Below are positions 29,601-41,192 of a stretch of 64,000 nt of DNA, in pieces. A model generated the notes under the pieces. It did not search any database, was not told the origin of the DNA, and saw only the letters and a program-made list of their open reading frames with translations. The stretch's first letter is position 1. Each line of letters begins with the position of its first letter. The stretch is taken from positions 17,298,001 to 17,362,000 of the forward strand of contig NC_043022.1 of assembly GCF_006345805.1 (NCBI RefSeq), read 5' to 3'. Both the position numbers and the translations under genes were made by a program. This stretch comes from Octopus sinensis (Eukaryota).

Positions 29601-31748
29601 TTATATATATATGTATATATACACATACATATCTATATACACGTGTGTGTGTGTGTTCCAACTCCTGTTTGTCGACCAGCATTGGTGTGTTTGCATCCGC
29701 ATAATGTAGTGGTTTGGAAAAAGAGACTGATGGAATAAGAGCCAGGCTTTAAAAAGAAGTGTAGGTGCCCCAGCATGGCCACAGTTTGATGACAGATAAA
29801 GATAAAATATATAACTTATCATGATTTCAAAAAGGGATTGAAACCCTCATGCTAAATACTAAGTTATACCTTACCACTAAGCCACCCAAGCAATTCTTAT
29901 TTCTAGCCTAAAAATAAAAGTATTTAAATCTATTTTTTTAATGATTGGACACAATTATAGATTTAAGTATCTCATAAGTGACAGCAATTATTGGGGGGAC
30001 CCAGTAGACTCGTGGGTAAAGGTGTGAGCAGTGCAAAGGGGGATGTTAGCAACCTTGTCCTGGGGGGATCAAATCAGGGTGTAGGAGAGATTCTTTTATA
30101 TTTTTTGTTTGTTTCAAGGATGCTAAAAAAAAAAAAATATATAGTTGCAGACAGAGATTGAAACCTCTATCTCTACACAGGATTAGTAATTAAGTTACCA
30201 ACCCTTTTACCCACTAAGCCACCAGACCTCACCTTGTGAAACAGTGAAAAAATGAGATATTTAAATCTATTTTTATTAATGATTGGACACAATTATAGAT
30301 TTAAGTATCTCATTTTTGACAGCAATTATTGGGGGGACCCGGTAGACTCGTGGGTAAAGGTGTACGTAGGTGAGCAGTGTGATGTTAGTAACCTTGTCCT
30401 GGGGGGATCAAATCAGGGTGTAGGAGAGATTCTTTAATTTTTTTTTTTGGTTTCAAGGATGCTAAAAAAAAATATAAAAGAATCTCTCCTACACCCTGAT
30501 TTGATCCCCCCAGGACAAGGTTACTAACATCACACTGCTCACCTACGTACACCTTTACCCACGAGTCTACCGGTCCCCCCAATAATGCTGTCAAAAATGA
30601 GATACTTAAATCTATAATTGTGTCCAATCATTAATAAAAATAGATTTAAATATCTCATTTTTTCACTGTTTCACAAGGTGAGGTCTGGTGGCTTAGTGGG
30701 TAAAAGGGTTGGTAACTTAATTACTAATCCTGTGTAGAGATAGAGGTTTCAATCTCTGTCTGCAACTATATATTTTTTTTTTTAGCATCCTTGAAACAAA
30801 CAAAAAATATAAAAGAATCTCTCCTACACCCTGATTTGATCCCCCCAGGACAAGGTTGCTAACATCCCCCTTTGCACTGCTCACACCTTTACCCACGAGT
30901 CTACTGGGTCCCCCCAATAATTGCTGTCACTTATGAGATACTTAAATCTATAATTGTGTCCAATCATTAAAAAAAATAGATTTAAATACTTTTATTTTTA
31001 GGCTAGAAATAAGAATTGCTTGGGTGGCTTAGTGGTAAGGTATAACTTAGTATTTAGCATGAGGGTTTCAATCCCTTTTTGAAATCATGATAAGTTATAT
31101 ATTTTATCTTTATCTGTCATCAGACTGTGGCCATGCTGGGGCACCTACACTTCTTTTTAAAGCCTGGCTCTTATTCCATCAGTCTCTTTTTCCAAACCAC
31201 TACATTATGCGGATGCAAACACACCAATGCTGGTCGACAAACAGGAGTTGGAACACACACACACACACACGTGTATATATATATATGTATGTATATATAC
31301 ATATATATATAGTTTAAGTAATATGGTATACACAGGGAGTTCTGTTAATTTTAAGCAAAGCTTTCCAGCACACCTGCATTACTTTGAGCCTTACATCACT
31401 AGTAAGACTACTTCGTTAGCTACCTGTATAAACAAATTGAACCAAAATCAAGTTACCTGTAGATTAGATTGGTCAATAATAGATTCTGCTACACCTTACA
31501 CACGTAAGTCTAATAGTTGCCGTCTCTGTACAAAGGAGTCCCTCTATATTCTACTGTTTAGTCAAAAGAACTTAATAAATTGTCAACATGTAGACACAAA
31601 TTCTCTAAAACTTTGAAATATTATAAAAGATGCAACAAAGATTGACATTAGCATCTATTATTTACCATTTAGAGATATCAAAATAAGGAAATAATTATAA
31701 ATAAATCGATAAAGTAATTAAAATATTTTTGATTATAGAGATATTTAC
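29165..31748. repeat. ~2.6-kb near-perfect palindrome (arms ~1.27 kb, ~40-nt centre)
   Basis: 29165-30435 is the reverse complement of ~30477-31748. ORFs 29297-29626(-) and 31227-31616(+) mirror each other, with a few substitutions between arms. Confidence 0.97.
31320..31748 (+). mobile_element. Inverted copy of the PLE GIY-YIG fragment
   Basis: Mirror of the left arm, within ORF 31227-31616. Confidence 0.7.
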
Positions 31749-32707
31749 CCACTAAGCCACCAGACCTCACCTTGTAAAGCAGTGAAAAAATGAGATATTT
31801 AAACCTATTTTTATTATTGAGTTGATGCTGTGGCGGATTTAATTATCTTAAATTAATGGGGGGGGGGTGAGTAAGGGTGCAGAAAGATAAAGTGTGATAG
31901 GACATCCTGAATAATCTGGTACTGGGTTCAAGACAGACCAGGGTGAGAGTAAGATTCTTTCATCTAAATTTTTTTGTGTGTGTGTGTGTGTATGTTATGG
32001 TGCTTAATGTTATCGTTGTAGTCTTATTTATCTTGGAGTCAGATATATTTGTGAATTATTATTATTATTATTATTGCTATGAGTTTGTGCTGTTGTTGAA
32101 GCTGAGGCATATTGTATATTGTGAAATCTATGGTTTCTTAGAGTTCCGTTGCCATCGATCAGCCTCGCTCCTCCGTGTCTTCAGCATTAATTATCTCCAG
32201 TCTTATTACTGATATTGTTGAATTCATTATTAGGATTGTTATTGCTGTTATTAACTAAAACTTGTTAATCTTTCTTCTATTAGAACTGGCAATAATAGAT
32301 GCTATGTTTGGTGTTGTAGACGAGGATATTTTAATTAATGATCTGTTAAATATGTGGTGGTATTATTTGTGATTACTAGGAAAGCCTTTCTTAACTATTT
32401 AAAAACTTTTTTGCTAAACCCTTAACATTTAATGAAAGTACAGAATAAACAATGGCTCGTATTAAAGGTCGAAAGACTTTAAAGTATGAATATTTTTGAC
32501 ACAAACAGCACGAAAATTCAGTGTATAATATTCTCTCACACAACGTATTTAAATAATGAAATATACATACATATACACACACACACACACATATACATAC
32601 GTATATATATGTACATAAGTACATATACATACATACACATACATACAAGTATATAGATACATATATTCATACATAGAGATATAGACATGCATACATACAC
32701 ACATTTT

Positions 32708-32869
32708 TTTTATTACCCAAGGAGACAAACAAGGACAGACAAAGGGATTAAGTCGATTACGTCGACCCCAGTGCGTAACTGGTACTTGTTTAATCGACTC
32801 CGAAAGGATGAAAGGCAAAGTTGACCTCGGCGGAATTTGAACTCACAACATAAAGATGGATGAAATGCC
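32708..32869 (-). mobile_element. SINE family A, 5'-truncated
   Basis: Family A body and tail, abutting the TG satellite. Confidence 0.85.
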
Positions 32870-34898
32870 GTGTGTGTATATGTATGTATGTGTACGTATA
32901 TGTGTGTGTATGTATGTCTGAGAGTGTGAATGTATGTGTGTATATATATATGTGTGAATGCATATGTGTGTGTATATATCTATGTATATGTGTGTGTGTA
33001 AATGTGTGTGTGTGCATATGTGTCTATGTATGTATTGATATGTGTGTATGTATGTGTGCATATGTTTGTGTATATGTATATAGATGTATATGTGTATGTA
33101 CGAATGTGTGTATATATATGCGTGTGTGTATGTATATGTGTCTGTATATATGTGTGTATTTATGTGTGTATCTGTATTTGTATGTGTGAATGTATGCATG
33201 TATGTGTGTCTGTGTGAATATGTATGTATGTATGTATGTGTGTATCTGTGTGTATGGATGCATCTGTTGGTATGTATTTTTGTGTGTGTATGTATGTGTG
33301 TATGTATATAGATGTATATGTGAGTGTATGTATGGATGTGTGTGTATATGTATATCTGTGTGTGTATATGTGTGTGTATGTATGTATGTCTGAGAGTGTG
33401 AATGCGATTGTGTGAATGTATATGTGTGTGTGTGTATATATGTATATGTGTGTGAATGCGTATGTGTGTGTATATGTGTGTGTATACGTATGTGTGTACG
33501 TATATATGTGCGTGTATAATATGTGATTGTGTATATGTCTGTACATATGTGTATGTAGTTGTACATATATATATGCATGTGTGTATATATATGCATGTGT
33601 TTGTGTATACGTATGTGTGTGTGTATGTATGTGTGTCTGTGTGTGCATATGTGTCTATGTATGTATGGATATGTGTATCTATATATGTGTGTATGTATGT
33701 GTGCATATGTTTGTGTACATGTATATAGATGTATATGCATATGTATGAATGTGTGTATATATATGCATGTGTGTATGTATGTGTGTATATGTTTGTATAT
33801 ATGTGTGTATGTGTGTATCTGTGTGTATGGATGCATCTGTTGGTATGTATTTTTGTGTGTGTGTATATGTGGGTGTATGTATATAGATGTATATGTGAGT
33901 GTATGTATGGATGTGTGTGTATATGTATATCTGTGTGTGTATATGTGTCTGTGTATGCATCTATATATGTGTATATATATATGTGTGTGTGTATATGCGT
34001 TTGTATGTGTGTGTAGCTGTATGTGTGTATGCATGTATGTATTTGTGTGTGCATGTATGTACGAATATGTGTGTATGTATATGTGCGTGTATTTGCATGT
34101 TTATCCGCATGTATGTGTGTGTGTATGTATGCATATGTGTGTGTCTGTATGTGTGTAGGTAATATGTGTGTGTGTGTTTATGTATGTGTATATGTATCTG
34201 TGTTTGTGTGTATGTGTGTACATGTGCGTCTGTGTGTGTGTGTATGTGTGTGAATGTGTGCATTTATGTATATGTGTGTGTGTGTATGTGGGTGTATATG
34301 TCTGAATGTGTGTGTGTATATGTGTGTATGTTTACGTATATGTGTGTGTGAATGTATGTGTGTGTGTATATATGTATATGTGCGTATACGTATGTGTGTA
34401 CGTATATATACGTATGTGTGTACGTATATATATGTGTGTGTGTATATATGATTGTGTATATGTGTGTATGCATGTGTGTGCATATGTGTATGTAGGTGTA
34501 CATATATGTATGCATATGTAGGTGTGTATATCTATGTGTGTGTGTGCATATGTGTCTGTATGTATGGATATGTGTATCTATATATGTGTGTATGTATGTG
34601 TGCATATGTTTGTGTACATGTATATAGATGTATATGCGTATGTATGCATGTGTGTATGTATATGTGTATTTGTATGTGTGTATGTATGCATGTATGTGTG
34701 TCTGTGTGAATATGTTTGTGTGTATGTGTGTATCTGTGTGTGTATGGATGCATCTGTTGGTATGTATTTTTGTGTGTGTGTGTATGTGTGTATATGTGGG
34801 TGTATGTATATAGATGTATATGTGAGTGTATGTATGGATGTGTGTGTATATGTATATCTGTGTGTGTATATGTGTCTGTGTATGCATCTATATATGTG

Positions 34899-34929
<31 letters not shown>

Positions 34930-35755
34930 ATATGCGTTTGTATGTGTGTGTAGCTGTATGTACGTATGTGTGTGTGCATGTATGTACGAATATGTGTGTG
35001 TATTTGCATGTTTGTCTGCATGTATGTGTGTGTGTGTGTATGTATGCATATGTGTGTAGGTATATGTGTGTTTGTGTTTATGTATGTGTATATGTATCTG
35101 TGTCTGTGTGTATGTGTGTACATGTGCGTCTGTGTGTGTGTGCATGTATGTATGTGTGAATGTGTGTATATATATGCATGTGTGTATGTATATGTGTGTA
35201 TTTATATGTGTATTTGTATGTGTGTATGTATGTGTGTCTGTGTGAATGTTTGTATATATGTATGTATGTGTGTATCTGTGTGTGTATGGATGCATCTGTT
35301 TGTATGTATTTGTGTGTGTGTGTGTATGTATGTGTGTTTGTATGTATGTTTTTTATATGTGGATGTATGTATATGTGTACATGTATGTCTGTGTTTGCAT
35401 GTATGGATATGTGTCTCTGTGTGTATATGTGTGTGTGCCTGTGTATGTGCGTGTGTGTATGTATATGTAGCTAATATGCGCGTCTGTGTGTCTGGATGTT
35501 TGTATGTATGTGTACATGTCTGTTAGTATATGTGTGCGTGTTTGTGTGTGTGTATATATGTATGTATGTGTTCGTGTGTATGCATGTATATGTGTATGTG
35601 TGCGTGTATATGTGTGTATATGTTATGTATGTGTTTGTGTATGTATATATAAATGTGTGTATGTATATGTGTCGGTGCGTGTGTATGTATGTATGTGTGC
35701 GTGTGTATGTATGTATATGTGTGCGTGCGTGTGTATATACGTGTATGTGTGTATC

Positions 35756-35798
<43 letters not shown>

Positions 35799-35820
35799 GT
35801 GTGTGTAGATATGTATGTAG
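32870..35820. repeat. ~2.9-kb TG/TA compound satellite with internal duplications
   Basis: Continuous GTGT/GTAT mosaic; the marker GTATGGATGCATCTGTT recurs near 33252, 33825, 34742 and 35284. Confidence 0.95.
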
Positions 35821-36341
35821 AGCAAGACCCCCAAAACTGCTGTGTTGGGGACAACAAGGATTTTGAGGTTGGTATTTGGATGTCGAATGTCACGTGTATC
35901 AAAACTTCTAACGTGCGAAAAGGGACCCAGCCAGACCCCTGGCATCCGCCCTCACAGAATCTACCAGAACAAACAAGACCGAACGTTCTGAGAAGCAAAA
36001 CAACAGCAATAACAGAGACTTGAGTGTAATGCGTCACACGACGACGCTTCGGAAATCCAGTCTTGCCACCCGGAAGAATATCAGAAAATATGGCATAAAT
36101 GCTATCAACTGTTTTTGGTGTTTATAAAAAATGTGTTTTCAAAAAAAAATATATATATATATTTATTACTTTAAAATAAAATTGATAAAACAAATACCTG
36201 ACGTTCATTTTTAATGCATTCCGGCAGATTCGAACAGCTTCATATTTCTCATTTCTATTACTCTTTCTCTTTGTGTACGCGTTTGTAGCGTTTTTTTTAC
36301 ACAGAGTCTGCCACCAAGCCTAGAATGAGCACTCATCCTAC

Positions 36342-36418
<77 letters not shown>

Positions 36419-36503
36419 CACGGTGTAAATCATGACTGAAGACATCAACCAACCAACATTTATGTTTTTATTATCATCATATCGAAGCATACACTTCACT
36501 TAC

Positions 36504-36842
36504 CTTGAGCTGTTGACAACGTATAACTTGAATCTGGCAGGACGTAATGAGAACCGGGTACAGTTTGGGGTGGAATTAAGCCATTCAGGGTACTTAGTTG
36601 ATTATTGCCTACTTGCTTGCGCCATCGTGCTCTGCGATTGCTGAACCAAACCTGGACTCGTGCCTCGGTCAATTTGGTTCTCTGGGCCAGTTCCTCGCGG
36701 GTATAAATATCAGGGTAGTGTGTCCGTTCGAAGGCTTTCTCCAGTTCTTCCAGCTGGTCAGCAGTAAAGGTGGTCCGGCTTCGTCGTTGTTTCCGTTTCA
36801 CGTGGAAACCCGGTTCCGAGTCGACATCCGATAAATCTATAT
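36504..36842 (-). CDS. Pax3/7: Pax3/7 coding exon: paired-type homeodomain (Ser50)
   Basis: (D)[76 protein letters not shown]...STAQ. Acceptor tctttcgtcag|AT and donor G|gtaagt; phase 1/1 matches the flanking exons; 339 nt. Confidence 0.97.
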
Positions 36843-36871
36843 CTGACGAAAGAACAAAAATAAATAAATAA

Positions 36872-36914
<43 letters not shown>

Positions 36915-37114
36915 CATGCATATGTATATATTATATATACACATACATGTATGTACTCCCTATATATATATATATGAGAGAGAGAAGTTGAAAATGTGCT
37001 GAGAATATATTAGAATTAATTAGAATTTAATTATGTTTTCAAATATAGGAATACACTTTGCCAGTTTCACATTAGATTTTCAAAAGTGTATAGTATATGG
37101 TGAGCTACGTCGAA

Positions 37115-37184
<70 letters not shown>

Positions 37185-37199
37185 ATCCATAGTAGAAAC

Positions 37200-37790
37200 A
37201 TGAGCTGCTAAAATAGAACTTCACACAAATGTTAAGAGAACGGAATAGATGTCTTCCAACCAATCAAGTTATGTTGTACTGTTTGCTTTGAACGGTTTCC
37301 AAATTGAATGTTACTGAAGACTTCAAATACTTAGGTGGTTGGGTGAGCATTTCGGAAGTAGATATCAAGACCAGGAAGGCACAAACTAAAGAAGGTCTGG
37401 AACTCCAAATTGTCCAGGGAAACCAAAGTCAAGTTGTTCATTGCAACTGTCACATCAGAGTGAAACGGGGACGCTGATTAAGAAATTTAAAAAACGGGCT
37501 GAATAGGTGCTACACAAGGATGCTACGAATGGCCTTAATATATGAAACGGCAGCGACATATGACTAATGAATCCCTTTATGGAAACCTGCCGAAAGGTTA
37601 GCGAGAAGATCAGGTAAAGACGACTGCGGCTCTCTGGCCAGTGTGTGGGCCACCCTGGATTGGAAACACCAAAATTACTCTAGTGGAACGCACATCATGG
37701 TGATGTAAGCAGAGGAAAACATCATCACACACACATCGACATCTTCATCGTAAGAGACTGGCTTGGAATTTATTTAGGACCTGGAGGCAG
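37200..37790 (+). mobile_element. Decayed RTE/RTE-X-like LINE fragment (RT C-terminus)
   Basis: Across frameshifts: VTEDFKYLGGWV...DIKTRKAQ...KKVWNSKLSRETKVKLFIATV...CYTRMLRMAL...HMTNESLYGNLPK...RRLRLSG. Confidence 0.8.
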
Positions 37791-38602
37791 TGTGGTGGGT
37801 GGGCTTTGTTGCTGCAACCCGGTCATTATTTTAATGATGATATGGTTTACCCCCTCCCAAAAAAAAGATGAGGTAAAAGAACAAGAAACGGAGTGTTTTA
37901 GGTCGACGCTTAGGAAAAATGGATGAAGTGTTTAAGGTTTCGAGCATAAGCACTTCTCCGGAAAGGATAGAAGAGGAGAGAGAAAAAGAAAGAAAAGTGT
38001 CTGAATTGAACGGTCGAGGAATGCTGAAATGTACGTGTGTGTGTGTGTGTGTGTTTACACGTGCAAACATGTATATGTACACGCATGGGACTAAAGAACA
38101 ATATCAAAGTGGTGTGTGTGTGTGTGTGTAGGGCAGCGGTGAAGAATTGAGTTGGAGGAAGAACAATGAGGAAAATAGCGAATTAGCAACGACAACAATG
38201 CCATGGTTAGAATAGTGTAAGGTAACTAAAAACAAATGGCAGTTTGATGGCGAGAAAATTAATAAAGAGTCGAGAGTGGGCGGTTGAATAGTGAAAGGAG
38301 AGATTTCTATTGCATTCGGTATAAATAGATTGAATTTTTATTAGGCATAAATGAAATATTTTATTGTCTATGAATAGAGATATTAAATACAATATAGTTT
38401 ATTAATATAAATTAGATACGTTTTATTAAATTGCTTGATGGATGTGGATATGCAGAAATATATTAACGTGCGTGTGTGTACGTGTGCGATAAATAAATAC
38501 ACACACCCATACATATATATTTATATATATACACTTCCATATACACACACACACATATATATACACACACACACACATATATATACACACACACACATAT
38601 AT

Positions 38603-38654
<52 letters not shown>

Positions 38655-39127
38655 TTAAATCCTTAAAAATGTTTCAGCCCGAAAGCCGCGGCCATGCTGG
38701 GGCACATAATCTTTTACTAGTTTCAGTCATTAGACTGCGGCCATGCTGGGGCACCGCCTTGAAGAATTTTTGATCGAATGAATCGACCCTAGTACTTATT
38801 TTCTTTTTAAAGCGTGGTACTTATTCTATCTCCCCCCCCTTTGCCGAACCGCTAATTTATAGACATAAACAAACGAATACCGGTTGTCAAGCGTTTGTAG
38901 GGGATAAACATAGATACAAAGACGCACACACACATATTTAAATAGAGGTTAAAATAACCACCTTAAAGGATAGAAAGTATCCGATGAATTGTTATTTGTT
39001 TGTTAATCTGTTATTTTGTTGTGAATAGAATATTTTACTAAAATAAGTTTAACACATTTCTATAATTAAGAGATGAGGAATTATTTTACATTCGACGGAT
39101 ATTTGTCCTCATCTTGTATGTTGTTAG

Positions 39128-39170
39128 CACAACGTTTCGGCTGATATACCCTCCAGCCTTCATCAGGTGT
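39128..39170 (-). ncRNA. Minimal type I hammerhead ribozyme motif
   Basis: ACAC-CUGAUGA-A-GGCUGG(agggtata)UCAGCC-GAAAC-GUU-GUG: conserved core, 6-bp stem II, palindromic stem III (AACGUU), stem I CAC/GUG. Confidence 0.8.
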
Positions 39171-39392
39171 CTTGGGGAAATTTCCAATCTGGGTTCTTAT
39201 TCCTAAGGTATTTTTCGATATTATTATTATTCATGTCACTGCCTGGAATCAAACTCGGAATCTTGGTGTTAGTAGCCCGCGCTCTTAACCACTATGCCAT
39301 ATGCCCGAGTTCGATTCCAGGCAGTGACCTGAATAATAATAATATCGAAAAATACCTTAGGAATAAGAACCCAGGTTGGACATTTCCCCAAG

Positions 39393-39435
39393 ACACCTGA
39401 TGAAGGCTGGAGGGTATATCAGCCGAAACTTTGTG
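39393..39435 (+). ncRNA. Hammerhead motif, second copy (stem III mutated)
   Basis: ACAC-CTGATGA-AGGCTGG...TCAGCC-GAAAC-TTT-GTG; G>T relative to the minus copy. Confidence 0.65.
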
Positions 39436-40090
39436 CTAACAACATACAAGACGAGGACAAATATCCGTCGAATGTAAATAATGTAAATAATGTAATAGGT
39501 TTCAGTATAAATCTTGGTTTAGAAATATTCAAATGAAGAGAAACCAAGATGAAAGAGATCTGCTCTGGAAGATGAGGCCAGCGAAATGTTTTGCCGCTTA
39601 ACCAGCCAGACAGGATAAGCATGGAATTGAACTTGCGGCACAACGATGACAACAGAACATGATGGGGGGGGGGGGGATTTTGATGAATAAACGATTTTCC
39701 CATGTAATTTATTTGAACGATTAATTAAAGCTTGAAATACAGGAAAACTGGTTTATACACATCTACACACATGTTTATGTGTATATGAGTGTAAATGTGT
39801 GTGTGTTATACGACGGGCTTCTTTCAGTTTCCGTCTACCATATCCCTCACCAGGCTTTGGTTGTCCCAGGACTATAATAGAAGACACTTGCCAAAGGTGC
39901 CATTTAGTGGAGTTGAACTCAGAACCATGTGGTTGGGATGCAAACTTCTCAACCACAGTCACACACACACACACACACACACACACAGATTCATAGATTC
40001 ACCCGTATAATCGTTCACGTGATGTATGATTGGCTCCTGACACAAAAGCATATCTTTACACACGCTCAAATGCACGCACGCACGCACGCG

Positions 40091-40187
<97 letters not shown>

Positions 40188-40746
40188 GGTTAATATTTTG
40201 CAATTTTGAAAATAAAAACTGAAACCTTTTGCGAAACATTTGGTGAGTTGGTTTGGTACAATTTTAAACAATTTTTAATAAATGGAATTCTTTTGAATAT
40301 TTTTCATTTGTTTTTCATTTTAGTGGGAAATCAATTAATTGAAAATAATTTTTAATTAACAAAATCTGCTGATAAAGCACAAATTCCTGGCATCTCTGCT
40401 CCATTGTAGACATTTAGTAACGGTTTTTGAAGATTATTGAATTCTAGCGTGAACACAAGGTCACGTCGATAGATTTATGAGGGGAGGGGCCAGGGTTATT
40501 GTTGTTACAATGGAACCAACTATTTCAGTGGGGAACGGGGGGGGGGTGAACCGAAACGACACAACAAACATGAAAAAGGAAAAAGAGAATTTGTCCTTGG
40601 TACTATCTACGTCTGTGTGTTTGTATATTTATGCGTATGGATGGGTGGTGGGTTTATCCATAGCTGTCTATGTGTGTGTGTGTATATATGCATGTGTTTA
40701 TATGTAAATATATGTAAGTATGGGTTTGTGGTGTGTGTGTGTGTGT

Positions 40747-41010
40747 AAGGCGCGTGGCTGAGTGGTTAGAGTACTCGCCTCACGATCGTAAGTTCGTGGG
40801 TTCGATTTCCAGCGGAGCGTTGTGTCTTTGAGCAGGGGCACTTTATTCCAGTCCGTGTTGTACTGTATTCCAAAAGGCCAACCTCGTCACGTCGAATCTA
40901 GCCACAAGCGTATTGCGTATCTGTGGAGTACTCAGCCACTTGAACAAGAAACAGAGTTTCATGAGTTGGCTGTTCTGTCGATCGGTTCAACTGCAACACT
41001 CGTCGTCGCA
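40747..41010 (+). mobile_element. tRNA-derived SINE related to family C
   Basis: GGCGCGTGGCTGAGTGGTTAGAG...GGGTTCGATTTCC...TTGAGCAGGGGCACTTTATT; tail similar to 60530-60620. Confidence 0.7.
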
Positions 41011-41155
41011 ACCGGTGGAGTGCCTGTCTGTATATGTTTGTATCTGTATATATGCATGTGTTTATGTAAGTTCTCATTACGTGCGTGTGTATGTACCTGA
41101 GCATATTTGTATGTCTGTCTATACAGACAGGCGGCAGATATGATACGTGAGCATA

Positions 41156-41192
<37 letters not shown>

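Larger units (their letters stand above)
39081..39481. mobile_element. Palindromic non-autonomous element: tRNA-like head + hammerhead ribozyme, with inverted 5'-truncated copy
   Basis: Arms 39081-39258 and 39305-39481 are reverse complements. The minus copy starts GGGCATATGGCATAGTGGTTAAGAGCGCGGG...GAGTTYGATTCC (A and B boxes). Confidence 0.85.

Noticed and set aside
32790-36037. Dozens of overlapping H/T/Y/I and C/V/Y/M ORFs
   Set aside because: Translations of the TG/TA satellite.
39240-39306. Genuine tRNA gene (also 29834-30425, 40747-40815, 52950-53017)
   Set aside because: A/B boxes are present but there is no convincing acceptor or anticodon stem, and each is embedded in a repeat; treated as tRNA-derived heads.
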